Under the pieces are notes generated by a model that made no database searches, was not told the origin of the DNA, and saw only the letters and a list, made by a program, of their open reading frames with translations. From positions 1 to 36,655 of the forward strand of contig JBLINR010000002.1 in the NCBI GenBank assembly GCA_047639395.1: a stretch of DNA of 36,655 bases. The letters run 5' to 3'. Of the stretch, positions 6,859 to 15,107 are shown piece by piece; within the stretch, counting starts at the first letter, position 1, and each line of letters opens with the position of its first letter. The DNA is from Candidatus Woesearchaeota archaeon. Lineage in GTDB: Archaea > Nanobdellota > Nanobdellia > Woesearchaeales > DATGWN01. The translations under genes and the position numbers were made by a program.

Positions 6859-9800
6859 ATGAGTGAAGAATCAGAACCAAAAGGAGTAGTTTCTCAATTA
6901 ATTAACGATGAGATGACGCAGTCATTTATGGCATATGCTATGTCCGTTATTGTGAGCCGTGCTTTGCCTGATGTTCGAGACGGATTAAAACCAGTTCATA
7001 GAAGAATATTATATGCTATGCATGATATGGGAATAACTGCTACGAAGCCTTTTAAGAAATCTGCGCGTATTGTAGGGGAAGTGTTAGGTAAGTACCATCC
7101 ACACGGAGATACTGCTGTATACGAAACTATGGTGCGTATGGCGCAAGATTTTTCATTACGTTATTTACTAGTTGACGGTCAAGGTAACTTTGGTTCTATT
7201 GATGGTGATTCTGCGGCTGCTATGCGTTATTGTATTACGGGCGATTCACTAGTTTTAACAAAAGAAGGAATGCTTCCTATCGCTTCTTTGTCTAATACGG
7301 GGACTATTTTATCTTATGATGGTAAGAAAAACACCTATTCAAAATTCTTTAATTCTGGAAAACAGTCAATTACACGAATCACAACAAAACAAGGATACGC
7401 TTTAGCGGGATCTCAAAACCATCCTGTATTATGTTGGGTAAAAGATATGTTTGGAATTCCAAGAATTGAGTGGAAATTACTCTCCCAGGTTGAATCAGGA
7501 GATCACGTACTTTTACAACGTGGCCATAATTTATTTGCAACAACAGACAAAGTTTCACAATCACTAGCGTTTTCATTAGGCGGATTAGTATCTGAAGGAA
7601 GCTTTCATCAGGGAAAGATATTATTCTGTAATAAGGATAAACTGTATTATAATAAAGTCAAAAAAGGATTAGACTCTTTTGCAGCTTGCAAATATTATGA
7701 GCGAGAAATGAAGGGCGATTGCTTTGAATTTGATATGTATGTTCAATCTATCGTAAAAAAACTCATTGCTCTTGGGCTAAAACAGGTCAAATCTACAGAA
7801 AAAGAAATTCCATTCTCAGTATTACAATCATCAAAAAAAGTTATTCGTGCATTCTTACAAGGATTATTTGAAGGGGATGGTTCAATTGCCTATAAAGTTG
7901 ATAAACGACATGGTGGAAAATCACTAGAGTTGCGCTATCACAGCAAAAGTAAAGTATTAATCTCACAATTAAAAACAGTTCTTTTGAATTTTGGTATTGT
8001 TACAACAAAGCCGTATCGGGATAAAAGAAATGACTGTAATCAAATTACTATATCTGGTAATACGAACGTACAACGATTTACATCTGAAATTGGTTTCTTT
8101 TCAAAGAGAAAACAGTCTATTACACAAAAATCATTTACAACAAACACAGGTATGAGTAAAATTGACACAATTCCTTTTGTTAATGACTATTTACATCACA
8201 ATTATGCTTCTTTAAAGAAATACAATGTTGATAGGTATGAATCATTAACGAAAAACTCAGCAAAAGTAGCATCAGCAATAACAAAAACTGATTCGCAATT
8301 AGTCACATTCTTAGAAAAGCATCACTTTTTTATTGATACGGTTGATGAAATAAAAGAAGAAAAATCACAAACTGTGTATTCCATAAAAGTTGACAGCAAA
8401 TGTCATTCTTTTGTTGCTAACGGGTTTATTAATCATAACACGGAAGCCCGTATGACAAAGCTTGCTGAAGAAACACTAACTGATATTGAAAAAGAAACAG
8501 TTGACTTTAGATTAAACTTCGATGAATCACTTAAGGAGCCAATTGTATTACCGAGTAAAGTTCCAAGTTTACTTGTGAATGGGTCTGTTGGTATTGCTGT
8601 GGGAATGGCAACAAATATACCGCCACATAATCTACGTGAAATTGGAAACGCACTTATTGCACTTATTGATAATCCTGAAATTGAAGCAGTTGAATTGATT
8701 AACTATGTTCAAGGTCCAGATTTTCCAACTGGGGGAATCATTCATGGACGTCATGGGATTTATTCAGCATACAAAGACGGAACAGGAAAAGTTAAAGTTC
8801 GAGCAAAGACACATGTCGAAGAAGTACATGGACGCCAAGCAATTATCATTGATGAAGTTCCGTATCAAGTAAACAAAGCACAAACTATTGAAAATATTGC
8901 ATCCTTAGTAAAAGATAAAGTAATTGAAGGCGTTCATGATATTCGAGATGAATCGGATAGAACTGGTATGCGTGTTGTCTTTGAATTAAAACGAGATGCA
9001 AATATTGACGTTACATTAAACCAACTCTTTAAACATTCACGATTCCAAGTTACATGTGGTATTATTAACCTTTGTTTGGTTAACAATGTACCGAGAATTC
9101 TCAATTTAAAGGAAATGCTTGAGTATTTTCTCAAACACCGATTTGAAGTTGTTACACGAAGAACACAGTTTGAGTTAACAAAAGCACAAAACCGTGCACA
9201 TATATTAATTGGATTAAAGATTGCTATTGACAATTTGGATGAAGCAATTACTATTATCCGTGGTGCGAAAAATGGAAGTGAAGCAAAAGAAGCATTAATG
9301 CAAAGTTTCCCATTAGATGATATTCAATCTCAAGCAATTCTTGATATGAAGTTACAACGACTTACTGGCCTTGAGCGAGAAAAGATTGTTTCTGAGTATA
9401 ACGTAATTATTGACTTAATTAAAGAATTACAGGTTATTTTAGATTCACGAGAACGAAAACTTACTATAATTCGAGATGAAACAAAAGAACTCATTGACAA
9501 ATATGGTGATGAACGAAGAACACAAATTGTTGACGGCGCACTTGATGTGGATGATGAAGATTTCATTGCAGATGAAGATGATGTTGTAACAATCACACAT
9601 AGTGGCTACATTAAACGAATCAATGTTGATACGTATAAAGCCCAACGACGTGGTGGACGTGGTATTATTGCAACAACAACAAAAGAAGAAGACTTTGTTG
9701 AAAAGATATTTGTTGCACATTCAAAATCTTATCTATTATTCTTTACAAGCTTAGGACAAGTACATTGGTTAAAAGTTTGGCAGATTCCGGAAGGAAGTCG

Positions 9801-10575
9801 TCAATCAAAAGGAAAAGCAATTGTAAATCTTATTCCACTCCAAGAAGGAGAGGAAATCAGTGCTGTTATTCCTGTTAAAGAATTCACAGAAGGAAACTCA
9901 TTAATCTTAGCAACGAAGAAAGGTACAGTTAAGAAATCAAGTATACTTGACTTCTCAAGACCAAGACAAGGTGGAATCAGAGCAATTAGATTACTTGATG
10001 ACGATGTATTAATCGGCGCTGCATTAACAACTGGTTCTCAAGAAGTTATTCTTGCAACACGTAAAGGAAACGCAATTCGGTTTGATGAACGTAACGCACG
10101 AGAAATGGGACGTGTAAGTCAAGGAGTTCGAGGTATTCGACTTAATGAAGATGATCACGTAGTTGGTATGGTTATTGCAGATGATTCTCAAACACTTTTA
10201 ACAATTACTGAAAATGGATACGGAAAACGTACCAAAATTGAAGAATATCGTCTTATTAACCGTGGTGGGAAAGGAGTAATTAATATTTCTTGTAGTGAAC
10301 GAAATGGAAATGTTATTGCAGTTCTTCCGGTTGAAGATGAAACACATTTATTATTCATTTCCAAAAAAGGAATCACAATTAGAACAAGAGCTGATCAAAT
10401 ATCAGTCATTGGACGAAATACACAAGGTGTTCGATTAATGCGACTTGACCAGGAAGATTTAGTAGTGTCAGCAGCAGTAGTAGCACATGAGGATGTAGAA
10501 GATGATGAAGAATCCGAAGAACATACTGATGAACCTAGAGTTGATCAACCAGTACAAGATAGTAAACAAGCTTAA
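6859..10575 (+). CDS. gyrA: DNA gyrase subunit A, interrupted by an intein
   Basis: 1238 aa. It contains [28 protein letters not shown] and [16 protein letters not shown]|...|TEARM (the catalytic Tyr motif, split). C-terminal beta-pinwheel repeats and an acidic tail are present. Without the intein it is 835 aa, a normal GyrA length. Confidence 0.95.
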   Translation: MSEESEPKGVVSQLINDEMTQSFMAYAMSVIVSRALPDVRDGLKPVHRRILYAMHDMGITATKPFKKSARIVGEVLGKYHPHGDTAVYETMVRMAQDFSLRYLLVDGQGNFGSIDGDSAAAMRYCITGDSLVLTKEGMLPIASLSNTGTILSYDGKKNTYSKFFNSGKQSITRITTKQGYALAGSQNHPVLCWVKDMFGIPRIEWKLLSQVESGDHVLLQRGHNLFATTDKVSQSLAFSLGGLVSEGSFHQGKILFCNKDKLYYNKVKKGLDSFAACKYYEREMKGDCFEFDMYVQSIVKKLIALGLKQVKSTEKEIPFSVLQSSKKVIRAFLQGLFEGDGSIAYKVDKRHGGKSLELRYHSKSKVLISQLKTVLLNFGIVTTKPYRDKRNDCNQITISGNTNVQRFTSEIGFFSKRKQSITQKSFTTNTGMSKIDTIPFVNDYLHHNYASLKKYNVDRYESLTKNSAKVASAITKTDSQLVTFLEKHHFFIDTVDEIKEEKSQTVYSIKVDSKCHSFVANGFINHNTEARMTKLAEETLTDIEKETVDFRLNFDESLKEPIVLPSKVPSLLVNGSVGIAVGMATNIPPHNLREIGNALIALIDNPEIEAVELINYVQGPDFPTGGIIHGRHGIYSAYKDGTGKVKVRAKTHVEEVHGRQAIIIDEVPYQVNKAQTIENIASLVKDKVIEGVHDIRDESDRTGMRVVFELKRDANIDVTLNQLFKHSRFQVTCGIINLCLVNNVPRILNLKEMLEYFLKHRFEVVTRRTQFELTKAQNRAHILIGLKIAIDNLDEAITIIRGAKNGSEAKEALMQSFPLDDIQSQAILDMKLQRLTGLEREKIVSEYNVIIDLIKELQVILDSRERKLTIIRDETKELIDKYGDERRTQIVDGALDVDDEDFIADEDDVVTITHSGYIKRINVDTYKAQRRGGRGIIATTTKEEDFVEKIFVAHSKSYLLFFTSLGQVHWLKVWQIPEGSRQSKGKAIVNLIPLQEGEEISAVIPVKEFTEGNSLILATKKGTVKKSSILDFSRPRQGGIRAIRLLDDDVLIGAALTTGSQEVILATRKGNAIRFDERNAREMGRVSQGVRGIRLNEDDHVVGMVIADDSQTLLTITENGYGKRTKIEEYRLINRGGKGVINISCSERNGNVIAVLPVEDETHLLFISKKGITIRTRADQISVIGRNTQGVRLMRLDQEDLVVSAAVVAHEDVEDDEESEEHTDEPRVDQPVQDSKQA
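7231..8439 (+). mobile_element. GyrA intein (403 aa) with LAGLIDADG homing-endonuclease domain
   Basis: It starts CITGDSLV (Cys1 codon 7231-7233) right after AAMRY and ends FINHN (Asn codon 8437-8439), followed by T of TEARM. Block B is SQNHPVL. The two LAGLIDADG motifs are [10 protein letters not shown] (about 7561-7605) and [12 protein letters not shown] (7852-7887). It is collinear with the Mycobacterium xenopi GyrA intein sequence as I recall it (CITGDALV...HN/TEARL). Confidence 0.9.
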
Positions 10576-11098
10576 ATCAACGTATCGTACAACTGCGGTT
10601 GGTGATCGTTTTGAAAATTCTGCTGAACATACATGGGGTGTGCTTATGCTTGCTGAGTTTTTTCTCCCACAAATTGATGAGAAATTAAACAAACAACGTA
10701 TTATGGAGTTAATTCTCTATCACGATTTAGTTGAAGCGTACACAGGAGATGTTCCGTTTTTACCAGGTCAAACACAAGACGACAAGTATGAAAAGGAAGA
10801 ACAAGCGGCAAAACAACTTGCTGCAGATTTACCTGAGTCTATGCGTGATCCGTTTATGAGCGCATTTACTGAATATGAGTTACAGGAGTCAGTTGAATCA
10901 CATTTTGCAAAAGCATGTGATGTAATTGAACCTTTGATAAACGAACTTGATTCTGATAAAAACTGGAAACGGACTAACCGTGCATTTATTGAAGAACATA
11001 AAAAAGTATTTGTTTCTAAATTCCCTGTTATTCTAGAGGCGTTTACACAAGTATTAGACTTTGCACAAAGTAAAGGATACTTTATTGAGCCTAAATAA
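10502..11098 (+). CDS. HD-domain phosphohydrolase (YfbR/HD_3-like nucleotidase)
   Basis: [12 protein letters not shown] ... [15 protein letters not shown] carries the H...HD...D metal ligands. GAGGA at 10489-10493 lies 8 nt upstream of ATG 10502. The gene overlaps the gyrA 3' end by 74 nt. Confidence 0.75.
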   Translation: MMKNPKNILMNLELINQYKIVNKLKSTYRTTAVGDRFENSAEHTWGVLMLAEFFLPQIDEKLNKQRIMELILYHDLVEAYTGDVPFLPGQTQDDKYEKEEQAAKQLAADLPESMRDPFMSAFTEYELQESVESHFAKACDVIEPLINELDSDKNWKRTNRAFIEEHKKVFVSKFPVILEAFTQVLDFAQSKGYFIEPK

Positions 11099-11972
11099 AT
11101 AGAAGACTTAGCAAACAACCAACTGTAATAAATGGCATTGCTGGGTAGAATGTATTTCTTTTTGCAAATAAGAAGAGAACAATCACTCCTAATGCAGCAC
11201 CAAGTGTTGTTATAAATCCAACGTCAATTGTTCCGTATGTCTTCATAACAGCGCCAGTAAATATGAGTGGAAACGCAATATCTCCTCCACCAATCATAAC
11301 GTCACCTTCACCTTTTCCTTTAGGTGCATTTTTGGTATGAAGTTTATTGTCTGAAGATACATATAATCCTGCAACCATATCATGTTTTATTTGTTCAGTT
11401 GCAATGAGTTGCATTTTCTTTGATTTATTTACCATATAATAATCATATCCTGATAATATTATGAGTAAGATGACTGCTGAAAATACATTTACAATTGGAA
11501 CGAATAATGCTGCAAGTCCACCGTACATCAATAGTTCAACAACTGTGTGTGCTGTGAGATTTCTCTCTGAAATTTTTAAGTAGGCGAGTGCTACTGCAAC
11601 AAGTAATGTTAGTACAAATGCGTGTTTTTGTGATATGAACAGAAGAAGTGCAAATGGATAGAGTGCAAGCATTAATGAAATAAGCACGCTAGTAAAAAAC
11701 CAAAACTTCCACACAAGATAGGTCTGGTATTTAATTATGAGAATGATAAAAAATGTTCCAATAACTAGTGCGAGTAATATGTACACGAATGATGTATTTT
11801 CATTATGGACGTCTGGGGGCGGAATAAAATATTTATCCTCATTAATTACTGTTTCTTGCCCTAAGGCGCTTGATTCAAAGTCAATATACTGTGCAAGAAC
11901 TGCAACGCCGATTAACTGAGCAATAATAAAGAGAATAATAAGCCGTGTGACGGGTGGCAGTAATGGTTTCAT
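11091..11972 (-). CDS. Presenilin/signal-peptide-peptidase-like intramembrane aspartyl protease (A22 family-like)
   Basis: 293 aa and polytopic. YD (ILSGYDYYMV), GxGD (MIGGGDIAFPLIF) and a PAL-like motif (YPAMPFI) occur in the canonical order. Confidence 0.65.
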   Translation of the reverse strand: MKPLLPPVTRLIILFIIAQLIGVAVLAQYIDFESSALGQETVINEDKYFIPPPDVHNENTSFVYILLALVIGTFFIILIIKYQTYLVWKFWFFTSVLISLMLALYPFALLLFISQKHAFVLTLLVAVALAYLKISERNLTAHTVVELLMYGGLAALFVPIVNVFSAVILLIILSGYDYYMVNKSKKMQLIATEQIKHDMVAGLYVSSDNKLHTKNAPKGKGEGDVMIGGGDIAFPLIFTGAVMKTYGTIDVGFITTLGAALGVIVLFLFAKRNTFYPAMPFITVGCLLSLLFI

Positions 11973-11993
11973 ATAGATACTTTTGTGTGTAAC

Positions 11994-12001
11994 TATTTAA
12001 A
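11994..12001 (+). promoter_or_regulatory. TATA box (TATTTAAA) for ORF 12024
   Basis: It ends 22 nt upstream of ATG 12024. It lies inside the GTG-extended ORF given in the track. Confidence 0.45.
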
Positions 12002-12023
12002 TGGTTATGGAATTCTTTTTCTT

Positions 12024-12479
12024 ATGAAAACATTTCTTTCCGCACATGCGCGTATTATTGGTGCGCCTGACCAATCAGCTTCAGATTTACAAGTATTGTT
12101 AATTCCTTTTTTGCCTGGAGTTGAAAAAGCTCCTTTTGAAATGGATTCATTTACAGATTCTCAGGACGAGACTCACTGTATTGGAAATCTTGCGATGCAG
12201 AAATCTGTACACATTCGTCTCTTTGCAAAAACTCTATTTTCACGTATGAGTGATTCGGAATTTGATTCTTTACTTCGAGATATTAAGATACATATTGATG
12301 ATGACTGTAAGTTTTTTATTCGTTTTACAGTAGATTCTTTATCTTCTGATACCTTGAAAGTAACACAAAGTGGCAACTGTATGCACTGTACATTTGCTGT
12401 TGCTAGTTTCCCTAAACGTAAAAGTATTGCTGTTGAGCTAGTGAAAACTTTTTTAAACGACATACGCAATACTAGGTAG
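12024..12479 (+). CDS. Hypothetical protein, 151 aa
   Basis: The ORF track gives 11985 (a GTG start). The internal ATG at 12024 (MKTFLSAH...) sits at the leaderless spacing from a TATA box. No recognisable domain. Confidence 0.45.
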   Translation: MKTFLSAHARIIGAPDQSASDLQVLLIPFLPGVEKAPFEMDSFTDSQDETHCIGNLAMQKSVHIRLFAKTLFSRMSDSEFDSLLRDIKIHIDDDCKFFIRFTVDSLSSDTLKVTQSGNCMHCTFAVASFPKRKSIAVELVKTFLNDIRNTR

Positions 12480-12480
12480 T

Positions 12481-12657
12481 ATGAAGCATGTTCCACTCTC
12501 AGATACGTTTACATTAGTATGTTTATTTGGTCTTATGATCTGCTCTTTCCTACTATTGAACGGGACTCTGGCATTATCTTGGGGATTCACACTCGTATTA
12601 GCATTCTTAGTTGGATTAATTGCATCTTTCATTTCTATCTCTCCGACGAGAGATTAA
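12481..12657 (+). CDS. Small two-TM membrane protein, 58 aa (below ORF-track cutoff)
   Basis: Hand translation: MKHVPLSDTFTLVCLFGLMICSFLLLNGTLALSWGFTLVLAFLVGLIASFISISPTRD. The ATG is 1 nt after the upstream TAG. Confidence 0.35.
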   Translation: MKHVPLSDTFTLVCLFGLMICSFLLLNGTLALSWGFTLVLAFLVGLIASFISISPTRD

Positions 12658-12746
12658 ATCTAACTTTTGAGTAGTTACTCTTTTTCTCGACGCTAACAAA
12701 TATTATTATAAACAATTAAAACAATATATATTAGTGGGTGAAATAA

Positions 12747-13034
12747 ATGAAAAACACAATTTCCACAAAAGGTTTTACAAAGTTATCTAAAGAGCAGGTT
12801 CACATTAAGAAGCTCATTGCACATTATGCAGCCACCTACGAACTTAAACGTGGCGGATTTGATGAATTACATGTTGTGCGCAAAGACATTCACAAGACAG
12901 TTAATAGTACTGTCCACAATATTAAGGTGAATATGTATATTGGTGGAAAACTATTTCATGCCGAATCAGAAGACTATGATGTCCTTGTTGCTTTAGACGA
13001 TGCATTTACGTCAGTTGACACTGCAATGTCGTAA
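12747..13034 (+). CDS. HPF/RaiA (S30AE, ribosome-associated inhibitor)-like small protein, paralogue 1
   Basis: 95 aa. ...VHNIKVNMYIGGKLFHAESEDYDVLVALDDAFTSV parallels E. coli HPF ...ATLHVNGGEIHASAEGQDMYAAIDGLIDKL (from memory). GGGTGA SD at 12736-12741. Confidence 0.5.
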   Translation: MKNTISTKGFTKLSKEQVHIKKLIAHYAATYELKRGGFDELHVVRKDIHKTVNSTVHNIKVNMYIGGKLFHAESEDYDVLVALDDAFTSVDTAMS

Positions 13035-13036
13035 GT

Positions 13037-13044
13037 TTTATATA
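13037..13044 (+). promoter_or_regulatory. TATA box (TTTATATA) for ORF 13067
   Basis: It ends 22 nt upstream of ATG 13067. Confidence 0.4.
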
Positions 13045-13066
13045 CCTCTTTTTTCTTTTTCTTTTT

Positions 13067-13366
13067 ATGGAAGATCAACAAGTAATTACAGAAGGGTTCT
13101 CAGATATTACCGCTTCACAACAAGAAGATTTTGACGCTGTTATCGTAAAGTCAGTAGAAAATATTGAAACAAAGTGTGGAAATTTCTCTCAACTTAAATT
13201 AACGCGTAAACCTGTTCATCAAACTGAGCGCAGTGTTGTACATGAAATTCATGTTACTTTAGAGATTGATGGGAAACAATTTCGAGCCTCACGGGAAGCA
13301 CATCGTTTGATGGAAGCCGTTGATGAAGCTGTGAAAGTTGTTATTGGTCTTGCGACTAAGAAATAG
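13067..13366 (+). CDS. HPF/RaiA-like small protein, paralogue 2
   Basis: 99 aa, collinear with ORF 12747: VHEIHVTLEIDGKQFRASREAHRLMEAVDEAVKVV versus VHNIKVNMYIGGKLFHAESEDYDVLVALDDAFTSV. Confidence 0.5.
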   Translation: MEDQQVITEGFSDITASQQEDFDAVIVKSVENIETKCGNFSQLKLTRKPVHQTERSVVHEIHVTLEIDGKQFRASREAHRLMEAVDEAVKVVIGLATKK

Positions 13367-13401
13367 GTTATTTTTTAATTAAGTTCTTTTTCTTTTCTTT
13401 T

Positions 13402-13620
13402 ATGAAATTATTTCGACATGCAGATGTAAGTGATCTTGTATTCTCAGAAGTTGCTGATGAATTGCGTGAAGATCATATAGAGTATAGTGTCCATGATGTC
13501 AAAACAGTTCCTGAAATATTACTTGCATTAAGGCGAGACCCAGATCATGTATATGGTTTGGTTCATTCTGACGATACAGACAGGATTCTATCTATGTCTG
13601 GTTTTTATGCCGTAGGATAA
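13402..13620 (+). CDS. Hypothetical acidic protein, 72 aa
   Basis: ORF track. A TATA-like TTTTTAAT ends 22 nt upstream. No recognisable domain. Confidence 0.4.
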   Translation: MKLFRHADVSDLVFSEVADELREDHIEYSVHDVKTVPEILLALRRDPDHVYGLVHSDDTDRILSMSGFYAVG

Positions 13621-13710
13621 TTTATAACACAATATGCGAATGCTTTTGGAATCATGTATTTTCCTAAGACTGCTGCAACGCTTGAAGTAGAAAGATTATT
13701 TGATTTAATA

Positions 13711-13740
13711 AGAAAAGAAAAATAAAAAAATAAGAAAAAT
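13711..13740 (-). terminator. Oligo-T terminator region for the eS19-eL39-eL31 operon
   Basis: The minus strand just past the eL31 stop reads ATTTTTCTTATTTTTTTATTTTCTTTTCT, with T7 at 13724-13730. Archaeal termination typically uses oligo-T tracts. Confidence 0.5.
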
Positions 13741-13741
13741 C

Positions 13742-14164
13742 TTATTTAGTTTTTGGAGTTTCGTCTTTAGGAGCTTCTTCTGATTTTTTTACTGGTTCAG
13801 GTTTTGCTTCTACTTTAGCTTCTTTTTCTACCGGTTTTTCAGCTTTTGGTTCTACTTTTGTAGCAGGACTTTTTGCTTCTGGTTTTTTAGGAGCTTTTTC
13901 TTTTGAAACTTCAGAACTCATTCGCACTAAAACAACATTTTCTTTGTTTTTTGTAGCGACAACTTCAACTTTCATGATAGGATTACGCATCCCATTTTGC
14001 CAGATATGTTCGTTAAGCACTTCGCTTATTTTGATATCTTCTGACTTCATGTGTCTAGTTATGAATTTCTTTAAGACTGCAATAGCCTTTTTTGCACGTC
14101 GCAGTGGTGTTGCGCGCATTGTTCCCCGTCGAAGCGGTACCACATATGTTCTTTCAAGTGTCAT
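13742..14164 (-). CDS. rpl31e: Ribosomal protein eL31 with a Lys/Pro/Glu/Ala-rich C-terminal extension of about 55 aa
   Basis: TYVVPLRRGTMRATPLRRAKKAIAVLKKFITRHMK...IWQNGMRNP is the eL31 core. The tail reads SKEKAPKKPEAKSPATKVEPKAEKPVEKEAKVEAKPEPVKKSEEAPKDETPKTK. Confidence 0.9.
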   Translation of the reverse strand: MTLERTYVVPLRRGTMRATPLRRAKKAIAVLKKFITRHMKSEDIKISEVLNEHIWQNGMRNPIMKVEVVATKNKENVVLVRMSSEVSKEKAPKKPEAKSPATKVEPKAEKPVEKEAKVEAKPEPVKKSEEAPKDETPKTK

Positions 14165-14168
14165 GTTT

Positions 14169-14342
14169 CTACGCCTTCGTTTTTGTACGTCTCCAGTTTC
14201 GCTTCACAGTAGTGTGTCTGCCTGGGTGTACTTTTCTGCCTTTGCCGTAAATCTTTAGAACTGTCCAAAATGGAGCCCATCGAGTCATTCGTCCTAATTT
14301 GATTAGTCGAATTTTTCTAGATAAATGTTTTGATCGCGCCAT
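14169..14342 (-). CDS. rpl39e: Ribosomal protein eL39, 57 aa (below ORF-track cutoff)
   Basis: Hand translation: MARSKHLSRKIRLIKLGRMTRWAPFWTVLKIYGKGRKVHPGRHTTVKRNWRRTKTKA. ATG 14342-14340 directly follows the eS19 stop. TAG at 14171-14169 is 4 nt before the eL31 ATG. Confidence 0.9.
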   Translation of the reverse strand: MARSKHLSRKIRLIKLGRMTRWAPFWTVLKIYGKGRKVHPGRHTTVKRNWRRTKTKA

Positions 14343-14762
14343 TTACTCTACCTTCACCGCTGTGTCAAGTAGTTTTTGACCTGGTCCTGTGATTACTCGT
14401 CCCTTTCTGTTATCTACAATAACTTGTTTTACAAGTCCTGCAGCTTCTAGTTGCTGTAATGCTTTACGTGCAACGCTTCCAGATCCGGGCATGAATCGTG
14501 ATTTCTTATGTCCCCGTCGTTGACGTCCGCCATATTTTACTCGTAGTTTGTTTGTTCCAATTGGACCAAGAACTGCTACAGTTCGTAAAATTGCTGCACA
14601 TCGAACAAACCACCATTGTGGATCTTCGGGTTGTCGCTCCTTATGTACTCCTGTTTTTGCAAACGGAGCCCATTCAGGTGCCTTTATTTGATCGTTTTCT
14701 TTGAGCTTTCCAGCGGCTGCGCTGATAAGCTGTGTTGGGTTTATATCTCTAAAAGTTACCAT
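14343..14762 (-). CDS. rps19e: Ribosomal protein eS19
   Basis: APEWAPFAKTGVHKERQPEDPQWWFVRCAAILR...YGGRQRRGHKKSRFMPGSGSVARKALQQLEAAGLV matches archaeal S19e. GGAGGG SD at 14772-14777. Confidence 0.9.
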   Translation of the reverse strand: MVTFRDINPTQLISAAAGKLKENDQIKAPEWAPFAKTGVHKERQPEDPQWWFVRCAAILRTVAVLGPIGTNKLRVKYGGRQRRGHKKSRFMPGSGSVARKALQQLEAAGLVKQVIVDNRKGRVITGPGQKLLDTAVKVE

Positions 14763-14849
14763 TTCGTTTTTCCCTCCAAACTAGATTTGGTGTGCTTACG
14801 CACTAGGATTGTTATCTTGGCGATAACAGTAGGAAGAAACTGGGGGCTA

Positions 14850-14857
14850 TTTATAAA
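14850..14857 (-). promoter_or_regulatory. TATA box (aaacaTTTATAAAtag) for the r-protein operon, with a leader of about 65 nt
   Basis: The 16-nt motif aaacatttataaatag is identical to the one at 17992-18007. The predicted TSS is near 14827, that is 65 nt upstream of ATG 14762. Confidence 0.5.
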
Positions 14858-14989
14858 TGTTTAGGGCTAAATAAGGACTATTTCGTGAGTTTAGATGTCG
14901 AAGTTGTACGTTTACTTGTACAACTTTTACGTAAAAATTGTACAGTTATGTCATATATTTACTAATAATTTTTATTTTTTTAAAATTGT

Positions 14990-15005
14990 AAAAAAGATAA
15001 AAAAA
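14990..15005 (-). terminator. Possible oligo-T terminator downstream of the RIO kinase gene
   Basis: The minus strand reads TTTTTTTATCTTTTTT (T7 plus T6), about 100 nt after the stop at 15108. Confidence 0.3.
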
Positions 15006-15107
15006 TCATCTAGCGTCCTCGGAAGAACACTAGGGCTCATTTTATTATGAATAAGCTAGTATTATATTTAAATCTTATTGTTTTTTTAGACTCAGAACCA
15101 CGGATGT

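Noticed and set aside
7379-10692. Antisense ORFs within gyrA (7379..7576, 8934..9233, 9330..9596, 9445..9720, 10188..10376, 10468..10692)
   Set aside because: They are shadow ORFs opposite a strongly supported 1238-aa gene. The sequences are low-complexity (for example [20 protein letters not shown]).
11985-12023. Extended starts proposed by the ORF track: 11985 (GTG), 17212, 18203 (GTG), 20325 (TTG) and 28914 (GTG)
   Set aside because: In each case an internal ATG has either a TATA box at the 22-23 nt leaderless spacing or a GGAGG/AAGGAG SD at 7-10 nt. The extension overlaps a neighbouring gene or promoter.
13944-14864. ORFs 13944..14258(+), 14498..14704(+) and 14616..14864(+)
   Set aside because: They are antisense to the eL31, eL39 and eS19 genes and to the leader/promoter region. 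The r-protein genes are unambiguous.
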